From the NCBI GenBank assembly GCA_030699935.1, contig JAUYKS010000002.1:65018-129017 (forward strand): DNA of 64,000 nucleotides, given 5' to 3'. Below, in pieces: positions 48,504 to 57,058 of this stretch. This DNA comes from a bacterium (lineage in GTDB: Bacteria; Patescibacteriota; SICC01). The translations under genes were made by a program, and so were the position numbers. How positions within the stretch are numbered: the first letter of the stretch is position 1; each line of letters begins with the position of its first letter. The notes below the pieces were generated by a model. It saw nothing but the letters and a program-made list of their open reading frames with translations. It was not told the origin of the DNA and searched no databases.

Positions 48504-49625
48504 ATGCCGAAAACAAAAAAGAGGCTTCGGGTCGCGATGTTCGCGGGGAATACCCACCCGATACCTCCGAAGGACATCATCATGGCCAATTTTTCGATTG
48601 CCTTGGCGATCGCGGATGGCATGAAGGCCCGCGGTCATGATGTAACGCTCTTCGCGGCGGAAGGAACCCGCACCAAGGCCAAGCTGGTGACCAATGGAAT
48701 GCTTCCGTTGACCGAGACTTCCTTGTCCAGTCTGATCAAGGAGCAACCGACGGGATTCACGGCCCGCGAACCTGAGCGGTCGACGGCCTTTTATGCCCAG
48801 ACGATGATCAGCGAATTGTATCGTCGGCACCTCGCACGTCCTTTTGATCTTATCCATCACCATCAAGTGATGCGTCCGATCCATTACGCCAAACTGACCA
48901 AGACTCCACACCTCTTCACCGTTCACGATCCGGTTACCCCCCTCTCGAAATGGCTCTACGGTTTTTACGCCAAGACGAAGAACGTCAATTTCGTCGCATT
49001 GAGCCGGAACCAGCGGCAATGCGCCCCGAAGTTGCCGTGGGCAACTACGATACACAACGGCGTGGATGTCAAAGAGTACCCGTTTAAGGAAACTCCAAAG
49101 GACTTTCTCATGTTTGCCGGACGGATTACCGCGGAGAAAGGTCCGCATCGTGCCATCATCGCTGCAAAACAAGCGAAAGCCCCGCTGAAGATTTTCGGCC
49201 CGTACGGAGGACAGGGTACTGATAATCAGGATTTCTGGGAGGAAGAAATCGCTCCTCGTCTGAGCGCAAAGGTGACGTTCGAAGGTTTTCGTGAGCGCCT
49301 GTCCCTCATTCGCGAATACGCCAAAGCCCGGGCGGTCCTCATGCCGATCACCTGGGAGGAACCTTTCGGCCTCGTTGCCATCGAGGCGATGGCCTGCGGG
49401 ACACCGGTGATCGCCTTCAAGCGGGGCGCCCTGCCGGAAATCGTCGTCCATGGTAAGACGGGCTTCCTCGTGAACTCAGTGGACGAGATGGCCCGTGCGA
49501 TCAAGCGGATCGACCAGATTGACCGGGCTGCCTGCCGCCGCCACGTGGAACAGCACTTTTCGATCGAACGGATGGTCGACAGGTACGAGCGGGCGTACTA
49601 TGCGTTGGCCAAAAGGCCCAAATAG
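48504..49625 (+). CDS. GT4 glycosyltransferase
   Basis: GHDVTLFA, IHNGVD, GRITAEKG, WEEPFGLVAIEAMACGTPV. Confidence 0.92.
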   Translation: MPKTKKRLRVAMFAGNTHPIPPKDIIMANFSIALAIADGMKARGHDVTLFAAEGTRTKAKLVTNGMLPLTETSLSSLIKEQPTGFTAREPERSTAFYAQTMISELYRRHLARPFDLIHHHQVMRPIHYAKLTKTPHLFTVHDPVTPLSKWLYGFYAKTKNVNFVALSRNQRQCAPKLPWATTIHNGVDVKEYPFKETPKDFLMFAGRITAEKGPHRAIIAAKQAKAPLKIFGPYGGQGTDNQDFWEEEIAPRLSAKVTFEGFRERLSLIREYAKARAVLMPITWEEPFGLVAIEAMACGTPVIAFKRGALPEIVVHGKTGFLVNSVDEMARAIKRIDQIDRAACRRHVEQHFSIERMVDRYERAYYALAKRPK

Positions 49626-50620
49626 GTACGTTCGTATTCATCTACCATCCGGCGCAAGGAAAAATGCTCGATGGCGTGCTGGCGGGCCGTCCGCCGATCC
49701 AGTTCACCGATCCGGCGGACGTATTTGGTAAGTCCCGCCGGTGTCTTCGCTAAGAAGCCGGTCTTGCCATGGACTACGAGCTCCGGCATCGCCCCGCGCG
49801 GTGTAGTCAACACGGGCGTGCCGCAGGACATGGCTTCGACCGCGACCAATCCGAACGGTTCCTCCCAGCGGAGCGGTGAAAGCAGTCCGACGGCGCTTCT
49901 CAGTAGTCGGACCTTTTCGGTCAGGCTGACTTCTCCCACGTACCTGATTTGCTTGGAGAGGTATGGCCGTATCTTCGTTTCGAAGTAACCCCGGTTTTCC
50001 TTCGCAATCATTCCCGCGATGACCAGAGGCACCTTGGCTTTGCGCGCGATTTGTACGGCATCGCCCGCACCCTTCTTTTCGGAAATCCAACCGAGCCAAA
50101 GGAAATAGCCCCCGCCGCCTTTTCCGAAGGCGTGGCGATCGGTATCGACCCCGTTATAGATGGTCTTGGTAAACTTCGCGCCTCGATACAATGTCCGCTG
50201 CTGCTTCGAAATGGCGATCAGGTGCGTGTACTTGCTGGCGTCGCGGAAAAAGACCTCTCGCTCCTTGTTCCATCCGTTATGGATAGTCGACGCCATCGGT
50301 GCTTTCAGGAGAGGTGCGAAGGATAGGGCGACGTTATCGAAGTGGTTCGACCAGAGTTCTATTCCGCGATCCCGCGAGAAAATCTTGAGGAGATGGTCGG
50401 CATGCACGATCCCGCGCAAGGACTCGGAAATGTCCCTGATTTCCCGTGGCCACGTGGTGACGAGATTCCCTTTGAATTTGGAACCACTGGCTGCGAATAG
50501 CGTGACCTTATGTCCGCGCTCCAAGAGACCGTTCGCGAGTTGGTCGATAATCCTTTCGACGCCCGCATGACCGGTCGGGGGAATTTTCCTGTATAGCGGC
50601 GCGATGACTCCGACGTGCAT
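49598..50620 (-). CDS. GT4 glycosyltransferase
   Basis: IPPTGHAGVE, GHKVTLFA, IYNGVD, WEEPFGLVAVEAMSCGTPV. Confidence 0.92.
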   Translation of the reverse strand: MHVGVIAPLYRKIPPTGHAGVERIIDQLANGLLERGHKVTLFAASGSKFKGNLVTTWPREIRDISESLRGIVHADHLLKIFSRDRGIELWSNHFDNVALSFAPLLKAPMASTIHNGWNKEREVFFRDASKYTHLIAISKQQRTLYRGAKFTKTIYNGVDTDRHAFGKGGGGYFLWLGWISEKKGAGDAVQIARKAKVPLVIAGMIAKENRGYFETKIRPYLSKQIRYVGEVSLTEKVRLLRSAVGLLSPLRWEEPFGLVAVEAMSCGTPVLTTPRGAMPELVVHGKTGFLAKTPAGLTKYVRRIGELDRRTARQHAIEHFSLRRMVDEYERTYLGLLANA

Positions 50621-50787
50621 ACGACAATCTTAGCTAAAAAAAGGAACGCCGACCTGCTGAGAGCATGCTGCCGGCAATTGTACCCTCAGCACAAGTAACT
50701 GGTATGAGGGTATAAATGCCTGAGCGTGACGATTTATCTGTTGGATACCCGACGGTTGTTACTCTCCGCTGGTGGTACGATTTGCGC

Positions 50788-51381
50788 ATGACAGTCGTTA
50801 TCGCTAGCAAATGCCAAGAAGGTGTGCTGTTGGCTTCGGATACACGAGGAAGGCAGTATATCCCAGACGTTCGTGAGAAGGAATCGGTAGATGGTGTTAG
50901 TAAGATTTTCCCCATGAGCGACAAGGTGGCTGTGCTGTCTTTTGGAGCAGGCCTGCAAGACTTCGACAAAAGGCTAGAAGGCCACGCTAAATCACAAAAA
51001 GCGAACATTGCTGCTGGCTTGATTAAGGATCAACCGGACTTAGATTTGTTCAAGAACACACTTCCTCACTTCTTCAATTACACCTACCTTGACCAGCCAG
51101 ACGACATGGAAGATTCTGCTGGGTTCTTGCTGGTTAGTAAGAATGAAACATATAGTCTGCACTCTAACTCCGATTTTGCGCCAGAAAAAATAGATGCTGA
51201 CTACAAAGTGGCTGGTGTTCCAGATATTCTGTTTGAGGGGGATAAGAAACTGACGGCCAGAGAAACCGCTGATCGAGCCATTAAAGCCATAGAGTATTGC
51301 GCCAAGAAGTATAAAGACGACGTAAACAACGATGTTCAGATGTGGCTTATCACTGACTCCGGTATGTCCCGCTTTACATAG
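50788..51381 (+). CDS. Proteasome beta-subunit/HslV-like Ntn-hydrolase (IS passenger)
   Basis: After Met removal: Thr1, Asp17, Arg19, then KIF and Gly at +5 relative to Lys33/Gly47; C-terminal A..AI...VQMWLITDSG. Start 6 nt after TACGAT. Confidence 0.7.
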   Translation: MTVVIASKCQEGVLLASDTRGRQYIPDVREKESVDGVSKIFPMSDKVAVLSFGAGLQDFDKRLEGHAKSQKANIAAGLIKDQPDLDLFKNTLPHFFNYTYLDQPDDMEDSAGFLLVSKNETYSLHSNSDFAPEKIDADYKVAGVPDILFEGDKKLTARETADRAIKAIEYCAKKYKDDVNNDVQMWLITDSGMSRFT

Positions 51382-51411
51382 TCAAACCACCGCCATACGA
51401 TAACTCCGTTA

Positions 51412-51912
51412 ATGCCTAAGAAGCAGCCAGCCACCGAAAAAGAGAAGACTATCGTCGGGGCGGTAATTCTCGCGGTATTCTCTGTATTCGCACTAACGGC
51501 CTGTACCGGTGGGAGCGACGACAGCGATACAAACGACACGACAAACAATCAGGCTAACGAATCTGTTAAAGAAACCCCGAAAAACGAAGAGTCTTTAGTC
51601 GATAAGGTCGAGGTAGCACTGGATAAATTGGGCGAAGGATATAAAAGTGAGCTGGCTTCAACGAACGGCGGCTATCGGGGCGATATAATTAGCGTTGAAC
51701 CAGCCGTAGGTGACGATACCGTTAAAGTTAATGTATCGACTCGCTTTAAAGACTCGGGTGATGAACCTGATGGCGGTAGAAACATAGCTCGCAGGATATT
51801 CGGCAGTATTTGTCTTGATGTTCCAGAGCTTGAAAGTCTGTATGTGGTAAGCAGTTCTGGATTGGAAAGTAAGTCAGTATATCGCAGTCAAATACCTGGC
51901 TGTAAGCAGTAG
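51412..51912 (+). CDS. Putative lipoprotein (IS passenger)
   Basis: Basic N-terminus, hydrophobic core, lipobox LTA|C, D/N/T-rich linker. Confidence 0.7.
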   Translation: MPKKQPATEKEKTIVGAVILAVFSVFALTACTGGSDDSDTNDTTNNQANESVKETPKNEESLVDKVEVALDKLGEGYKSELASTNGGYRGDIISVEPAVGDDTVKVNVSTRFKDSGDEPDGGRNIARRIFGSICLDVPELESLYVVSSSGLESKSVYRSQIPGCKQ

Positions 51913-51946
51913 ATCAGTAGTCGGCAGAAGCGAGTAGAATATGAGT

Positions 51947-52093
51947 GTGGCTGAGAAAAACCCAGTATCCCTCAACGCTTTCAACCGATTGCTTAACCGC
52001 GCTTCGCAACCGGCAGCGAAACCTGCGAAACCAAAGCGTCGAACATCCCGCCCTGCAAAGTCCGGTGGGAATACCGCCAGCCGTACTCGTTAG
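51947..52093 (+). CDS. 48-aa basic micro-ORF antisense to the transposase 3' end
   Basis: TAGAAT (51935-51940) + 6 nt + GTG; MAEKNPVSLNAFNRLLNRASQPAAKPAKPKRRTSRPAKSGGNTASRTR. Below the ORF-track length cut-off. Confidence 0.5.
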   Translation: MAEKNPVSLNAFNRLLNRASQPAAKPAKPKRRTSRPAKSGGNTASRTR

Positions 52094-52886
52094 CGTAAAG
52101 CTGTAGGTACTTCGGGCTGACGTGCCGGTACACGCCGGTTATGCCTCGTTTGAGGTGTGACCAGATATTCTCGATGTTCTGGGTGTGAACCGATCCGCTG
52201 ACGTACTGCTTCCGCTGGTGCTTGATACCGTCGTGGGTAAAGCCGACCTTGTGGAGTTTCGAGTAAACCCCATGTTCGTCATGGTAAATGGTCGCGTCCG
52301 GCGCGACGTTGAGGACAATAGGCGGGGTCAGGGCTTCGGTTCCGGTGTGGGGGACATGGACGAGCTTGGCCTTTCCGCCTCGTGAAACCATGCCGAACAC
52401 AACGGCCTTATCCTGATGTCCGCCTCGGTTACTGTGCTTCTTATCAGGGTGCCGGTTCTGGTCTGCCCCGCCGACAAACGTTTCATCCACCTCGACTTCG
52501 CCGGACAGCATTTCGCCGTCCTCGGCAGACATGAGCGTTCGTATCTGCTTGGCGATCCGCCACGCTGTCTTATAGGTCACGCCAAGCTCCCGCTCCAACT
52601 GCTTGGCCGAGATACCAGCGCGGGTCTGAACCATGAGGTACATGGCGTAAAACCACAGCCAGAGTGACGTGGTGGACTTCTCAAAGACCGTACCGGCCAA
52701 CGGGTAGACTTGGTACCCGCAGTTGCAGGCATAGCTGGTACGTCCCTTAACACGGGACAGCTCGTTTTCCCGTCCGCACTTCGGGCAGGTGAAATCACGG
52801 AAGCGGATTTGCCGTATTTCCTCTAGGCACGCAGCGTCATCAGGGAACCGCTTACGGAAGTCTGCGATGGTGAACCTGTCGTCCAT
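51993..52886 (-). CDS. IS1595-family DDE transposase
   Basis: Zn ribbon CPKC...CNC, HTH GISAKQL..ELGVTYKTAW, VEVDETFVGG, IYHDE, HTQNIENIWSHLKR, YLQLYANEY.WRYS. Confidence 0.96.
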   Translation of the reverse strand: MDDRFTIADFRKRFPDDAACLEEIRQIRFRDFTCPKCGRENELSRVKGRTSYACNCGYQVYPLAGTVFEKSTTSLWLWFYAMYLMVQTRAGISAKQLERELGVTYKTAWRIAKQIRTLMSAEDGEMLSGEVEVDETFVGGADQNRHPDKKHSNRGGHQDKAVVFGMVSRGGKAKLVHVPHTGTEALTPPIVLNVAPDATIYHDEHGVYSKLHKVGFTHDGIKHQRKQYVSGSVHTQNIENIWSHLKRGITGVYRHVSPKYLQLYANEYGWRYSHRTLQGGMFDALVSQVSLPVAKRG

Positions 52887-52945
52887 AGGCACATATTAGC
52901 AGCTAACCTACTTGTAGTCAAGGTATAAGTGCCATGCTGCCAGCC

Positions 52946-52986
52946 TTGACTATTAGCACCTTTTGTGTTATGGTTAAGCAATTTTC
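52946..52986 (+). promoter_or_regulatory. Sigma-70 promoter of the galT-like gene
   Basis: TTGACT-N17-TATGGT with extended TG, then TAAGCAATTTT. Confidence 0.7.
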
Positions 52987-52992
52987 AAACCT

Positions 52993-54000
52993 ATGGAAAA
53001 TTATCCCTCAGAGCTGCGGCGCGGACATCTCGACCATCGGTGGGTGCTGATCGCCTCCGGACGGGCCGACCGTCCCCAGGACTACATCAATCACACGCCG
53101 TCCAAGGTGCGGCGCGATCCCTTCTCCCCGGAGAACATCCGGAAGGAGGACATCATCGACCTGATCCCGAACAACGACGGCACCGAGTACGAGACGCCGA
53201 GCACCTGGAAGGCGATGGCAGTGAGGAATCTCTACCCGTTCGTCGGGAAGGTCGCAGGCCGGAAGCCGCGCTCCACCGGCGACATCCGAGACGGCGTCGG
53301 CGCGCACGAGATCATCATCCACTCGCCGGATCCCGACCGGGACTTCGGAAGCTTCGAGTCTGAACAGGCGCAGGCGGTCCTCGAGCTCTACCTGAAGCGG
53401 TACAACCACCTCTCGCACATGCCGGAGGTCAAGCATGTGCAGATCTTCACCAACCGTGGCAAGGAAGCGGGAGCCTCGGTCGTGCACCCGCACACCCAGG
53501 TGGTTGCCTTGCCGGTCGTTCCGCCGTACATCAAGGACCTGGTCCGGATCGCCGGCAAACACTACGACAAGAGTCAGTCCAAGCTGAGCGAGGACGAGGT
53601 CGAACGGGAAATCCACGAGGCGTCCCGGGTGATTTACGAGAATTCGAAGTTCCTGGTGTACTGCCCGTTCGCGCCCTTGGCCGACTACCACATCCGGATC
53701 ATGCCTAAGGAGCGGGGTTCCTACTTCCATGAGATCACCCAGGAGCAGGTCGAGCACCTGTCGCGGGTCCTCAACCTGGTCTTCCGGCGGCTGGACCGGA
53801 TCGCCGGCATCCCGCCCTACAACGCTTACATCCGGACGGCGCCGGTCGGTGCCGACGAGAAAAGGCTGCGCGGGTTCCGCTGGCACATCGACATCCTGCC
53901 GCACCTGGCGATTCCCGGCGGCCTCGAGATTTCCACCGGACTCACCGTGGTGACGGTCTTCCCCGAGGACGCGGCGCATGCCCTAAGGCAGGATTCATGA
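52993..54000 (+). CDS. galT: GalT-family nucleotidylyltransferase
   Basis: SELRR....RWVLIA.GR..RP, VRNLYP, HEIII, NRGKEAGAS..HPHTQ, WHIDILP. Confidence 0.85.
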   Translation: MENYPSELRRGHLDHRWVLIASGRADRPQDYINHTPSKVRRDPFSPENIRKEDIIDLIPNNDGTEYETPSTWKAMAVRNLYPFVGKVAGRKPRSTGDIRDGVGAHEIIIHSPDPDRDFGSFESEQAQAVLELYLKRYNHLSHMPEVKHVQIFTNRGKEAGASVVHPHTQVVALPVVPPYIKDLVRIAGKHYDKSQSKLSEDEVEREIHEASRVIYENSKFLVYCPFAPLADYHIRIMPKERGSYFHEITQEQVEHLSRVLNLVFRRLDRIAGIPPYNAYIRTAPVGADEKRLRGFRWHIDILPHLAIPGGLEISTGLTVVTVFPEDAAHALRQDS

Positions 54001-54449
54001 TCATGTCTGACGAACGCAAACAACCCGACCAACCCGGCAAGGACGGCTCCGACAAGGACCGACCCGGACGGAACGAAGTCCGGCTGGAGCGCGACGGAAT
54101 CCTCCGGATCTACTACCGCGGCCGGCAGACCGCGGAGGGGATTAAGGCGCTCGGCGAGGAGTCCGATGCCATCGCCGAAGCGCTGCAGGAGCGCGGCGAG
54201 CCGGTGATCATCCTGGTCGACGTCGCCGACCTGGGCGCGTTCGGGCAGCCGGAGATCGCGGCCTGGCGCCGCCTGATGGCCACCCGTTCGTTCGAGCGGA
54301 TGGCGATCGTACACCTGAACCCGGCGCTGCAGGTCGTGTTGCACTTCCTGGTCAAGATGTCGAACCGCAAGGACAAGGTCGAGGCATTCGACGACGAGGT
54401 CAAGGCGATCGACTGGCTGCAGGAAGCCGCGACCGGACAGCAGGACTAA
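53997..54449 (+). CDS. STAS/SEC14 (SpoIIAA-like) domain protein
   Basis: ILVDV..L, RMAIV, F.DE..AIDWL pattern. Confidence 0.7.
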   Translation: MIMSDERKQPDQPGKDGSDKDRPGRNEVRLERDGILRIYYRGRQTAEGIKALGEESDAIAEALQERGEPVIILVDVADLGAFGQPEIAAWRRLMATRSFERMAIVHLNPALQVVLHFLVKMSNRKDKVEAFDDEVKAIDWLQEAATGQQD

Positions 54450-54955
54450 CCGGCAGGATCCGCCGGGAACGCGCGCCGCGACGCGTGGCAGATCGCCACG
54501 GCGATCGCGTCCGTGACGTCGTCGGGTTTCGGGGCTTCCTTCAGTCCGACCAACCGGCAGACCATCAGCGCGACCTGGTCCTTGGGCGCTTTGCCGAATC
54601 CGGTCAGTTGTTGCTTGACGGTGCCGGGCCCGTATTCCGCGGCGGAAAGTCCGGCCGCCGCCACTGCCGCCAGGATCACGCCGCGCGCCTCGGCGACCCG
54701 CATGGCGGTCTTGGCGTTCTTCGAGAAGAACAGTTCTTCGATCGCGACCGAATCCGGCCCGTGCTTTTCCAGCACCGTCCCGACGTCCTTGGCGATGCTC
54801 GCCAGCCGCCGCTCCGGCGTCTGGTTGCTTTCGGTCGAGAGCAACCCGGCCTCCACAAGTTTCAAGGCGTTGCCGTCGGCGTCGAGGATGGCGTACCCGG
54901 TCCGGGCGTTACCGGGGTCGAAGCCAGCGATCCGCACCCTGGCCATCTCAGCCAC
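54446..54955 (-). CDS. ruvC: Holliday junction resolvase RuvC
   Basis: IAGFDPG..RTGY, AIEELFF.KN, ARGV, G.G.A.KDQV, PDDVTDAIAVAICH. Confidence 0.96.
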   Translation of the reverse strand: MAEMARVRIAGFDPGNARTGYAILDADGNALKLVEAGLLSTESNQTPERRLASIAKDVGTVLEKHGPDSVAIEELFFSKNAKTAMRVAEARGVILAAVAAAGLSAAEYGPGTVKQQLTGFGKAPKDQVALMVCRLVGLKEAPKPDDVTDAIAVAICHASRRAFPADPAG

Positions 54956-55691
54956 CGACCAGTTCCGGCTCGATATCCGCGTTGGTCGAGACGTCCGACA
55001 CGTCGTCGAGCGATTCCAAATCGTTCACCAGCGCCACGATGGATTCCGCGGTCTTCCGGTCGTTGACCGGCACTTCCGACTTCGGGACCTTCGCCAGCTC
55101 CGCGCCCTGCACGGGGAAGCCGGCGGCAGTCAGGGCGTCGCGGACCTTCGCCAGGTCCTGCCGGCCGGTCTCGACTTCGTACGCGCCGTCGCCAGCGTCG
55201 ACGTCGGTGGCTCCCGCATCGGCCGCGGCCAAGGTCAGTTCGTCCTCGTCGGCGTCCGCGCCGACCTTGAGGATTCCTTTCTCGTCGAAGAGGTAGGCCA
55301 CCGATCCCGACTCGCCCAGCGATCCGCCCCGTTTGGTGACGGCGGCGCGGACGTCCGAGACGGTCCGGTTCTTGTTGTCGGTCAGGCAATCCACCAGCAG
55401 CGCCACGCCGCCGGGACCGTATGCTTCGTAAGTGACCGATTCGGGAGGCCGCTGGCCGGCCAGTTCGCCGGTGCCGCGCTTGATCGCCCGCTCGACGTTG
55501 GCGTTCGGCATGTTCTCCGCGCGGGCCTGGTCGATCGCCATCCGGAGCTGGACGTTCATGCCGGGGTCGCCGCCGCCTTCGCGCGCCGCGATGGAAATCA
55601 GGTTCGCCAACCGCGTGAATACGGCCCCGCGCTTCGCGTCGGCCGCACCCTTTTTCCGCTTAATGGTGCTCCATTTACTGTGTCCGGACAT
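54948..55691 (-). CDS. yebC: YebC/PmpR-family protein
   Basis: MSGHSKWSTIKRKKG..DAKRG, YEAYGPGG, TDNKNRT. Confidence 0.96.
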   Translation of the reverse strand: MSGHSKWSTIKRKKGAADAKRGAVFTRLANLISIAAREGGGDPGMNVQLRMAIDQARAENMPNANVERAIKRGTGELAGQRPPESVTYEAYGPGGVALLVDCLTDNKNRTVSDVRAAVTKRGGSLGESGSVAYLFDEKGILKVGADADEDELTLAAADAGATDVDAGDGAYEVETGRQDLAKVRDALTAAGFPVQGAELAKVPKSEVPVNDRKTAESIVALVNDLESLDDVSDVSTNADIEPELVGG

Positions 55692-55765
55692 ATCGAATCC
55701 ATTGTACCGCAGGTCTGAGCCTCGCCAGCCGGCGCCAGCGCGACGACGGACCCGCACGCCGCACA

Positions 55766-55806
55766 TTGACATTTACGCCAAATAATGTTATGGTTGTCTA
55801 ATTTTG
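55766..55806 (+). promoter_or_regulatory. Sigma-70 promoter of the pilN operon
   Basis: TTGACA-N17-TATGGT with extended TG, then TGTCTAATTTT. Confidence 0.7.
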
Positions 55807-55823
55807 CAACACAAATACCACGC

Positions 55824-56429
55824 ATGTACTCGCACACGTTAAACCTACTTCCGCGCAAAGAGCAGCGGCGCCGCCGGACCGACCTGCTCAACTACTACAC
55901 GCTCGTCGCGGGCATCGTGACCGTGACCGGCGCCCTGGTGATGGCCGGACTCCTGCTGGTGTTCGACCAAATCTACAAGGTCAATCTTGACGATCTCCAG
56001 GCCGACAAGCAGCTAGTGGAAAGCCAGGCCGTGGCGTACCTGGACATCGAGAAGGAAGCGAAAGGCCTGGAAGTCCAACTGGACAACCTCCGCCAGGCCG
56101 AAGGGCAGACGACGCGGTGGGCGGCCTTGGTCTCGGCGCTCCGCACCATGACGCCGGAGGGCGTGTCGATCAAGACGGTCGCGTTCATCGGCAAGGATGC
56201 CGCCGGCCAAGGGGCCGTCGACAACCAGAGCCAAAACCAAAATAACCAGAGCCAGATCACCGGCGTCACGACGAGCCGCCGTGCACTCGGCCAGTTCCAG
56301 CTGGCGTTGTCCGAATCGGCGTTCCTCAAGGAATCCCAGATCCTGAACACCACCCGGGAGGGCAAGGTCATCCAATACACCATGTCGATCGAAATCGACC
56401 AATCCGAGCTGGAGGCGTCGCAATCATGA
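55824..56429 (+). CDS. pilN: Type IV pilus assembly protein, PilN-like
   Basis: LNLLP motif, TM helix, coiled coil, PEGVSI...ITG...F..ALSES.F. Confidence 0.8.
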   Translation: MYSHTLNLLPRKEQRRRRTDLLNYYTLVAGIVTVTGALVMAGLLLVFDQIYKVNLDDLQADKQLVESQAVAYLDIEKEAKGLEVQLDNLRQAEGQTTRWAALVSALRTMTPEGVSIKTVAFIGKDAAGQGAVDNQSQNQNNQSQITGVTTSRRALGQFQLALSESAFLKESQILNTTREGKVIQYTMSIEIDQSELEASQS

Positions 56430-57058
56430 ACGTCGACCTCACCAATCTCCGGATCAAGCCGGAGCAGCGGTTCTACTACCTGATCGCCGGGAACGTGGTC
56501 ATCCTGGCCCTGATCGGAATCTTCGTGCTGCGTCCGGTGATGGGACTGCTCAACAAGCACGCCGACCAGATGACGGCGATGAAGGCGGACATCGCCACCG
56601 CCCAGCAGAAGATGGATACCTTGCGCAAGCTGAAGGCATCGCTGCCGGCGACCAAGGCGGTGTACGCGCCGGTGATCAGGAACGCGCCGAAACACAAGGA
56701 CATCGCCGGATACCAGACCGAGCTCGAGGACCTGGCGGCGTTGACCCGGGTCGACCTCATCACGGTCGATACCAGCGGCGCAGCCAAGGGTCAGAGCCCG
56801 GCCGCGGCCCAGACCGACCTGACGGTCGGCGGTTTCCCGGCCTTCCCGGTCAGCATCGACGTCTCCGGCAGTTACGCGAACACTTTGGACTTCGTGAACC
56901 GGCTCGAGACCATGGACCGGTTCACGCGGGTCGTCGCCCTGAGTTTTGTCCAGGCCGACACCTCCGGCGAGGTCAAGCTGACGATCACCGCGCAGTCGTT
57001 GTACTTCGGCGGCGCGGACACGACGAGTAAGACTGGTAAGGCGGGGAAGGCATCATGA
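56426..57058 (+). CDS. pilO: Type IV pilus assembly protein, PilO-like
   Basis: TM helix, coiled coil, VSGSY..TLDFVNRLETMDRFTRV. Confidence 0.82.
   Translation: MNVDLTNLRIKPEQRFYYLIAGNVVILALIGIFVLRPVMGLLNKHADQMTAMKADIATAQQKMDTLRKLKASLPATKAVYAPVIRNAPKHKDIAGYQTELEDLAALTRVDLITVDTSGAAKGQSPAAAQTDLTVGGFPAFPVSIDVSGSYANTLDFVNRLETMDRFTRVVALSFVQADTSGEVKLTITAQSLYFGGADTTSKTGKAGKAS

Larger units (their letters stand above)
50673..52933 (-). mobile_element. IS1595-family transporter IS (2261 bp) with passenger genes
   Basis: Imperfect TIRs at 50673-50697 and 52909-52933 (19/25 identical, both starting GGCA); 8-bp TSD ATGCTGCC at 50665-50672 and 52934-52941; IS1595 transposase inside; low GC. Confidence 0.93.

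Noticed and set aside
52965-55823. Two ORF-track entries both starting MLWLSNF (52965 and 55785), suggesting a shared leader peptide
   Set aside because: An artefact of translating across the shared promoter motif; both starts lie upstream of the -10 box, so they would not be in the transcript.
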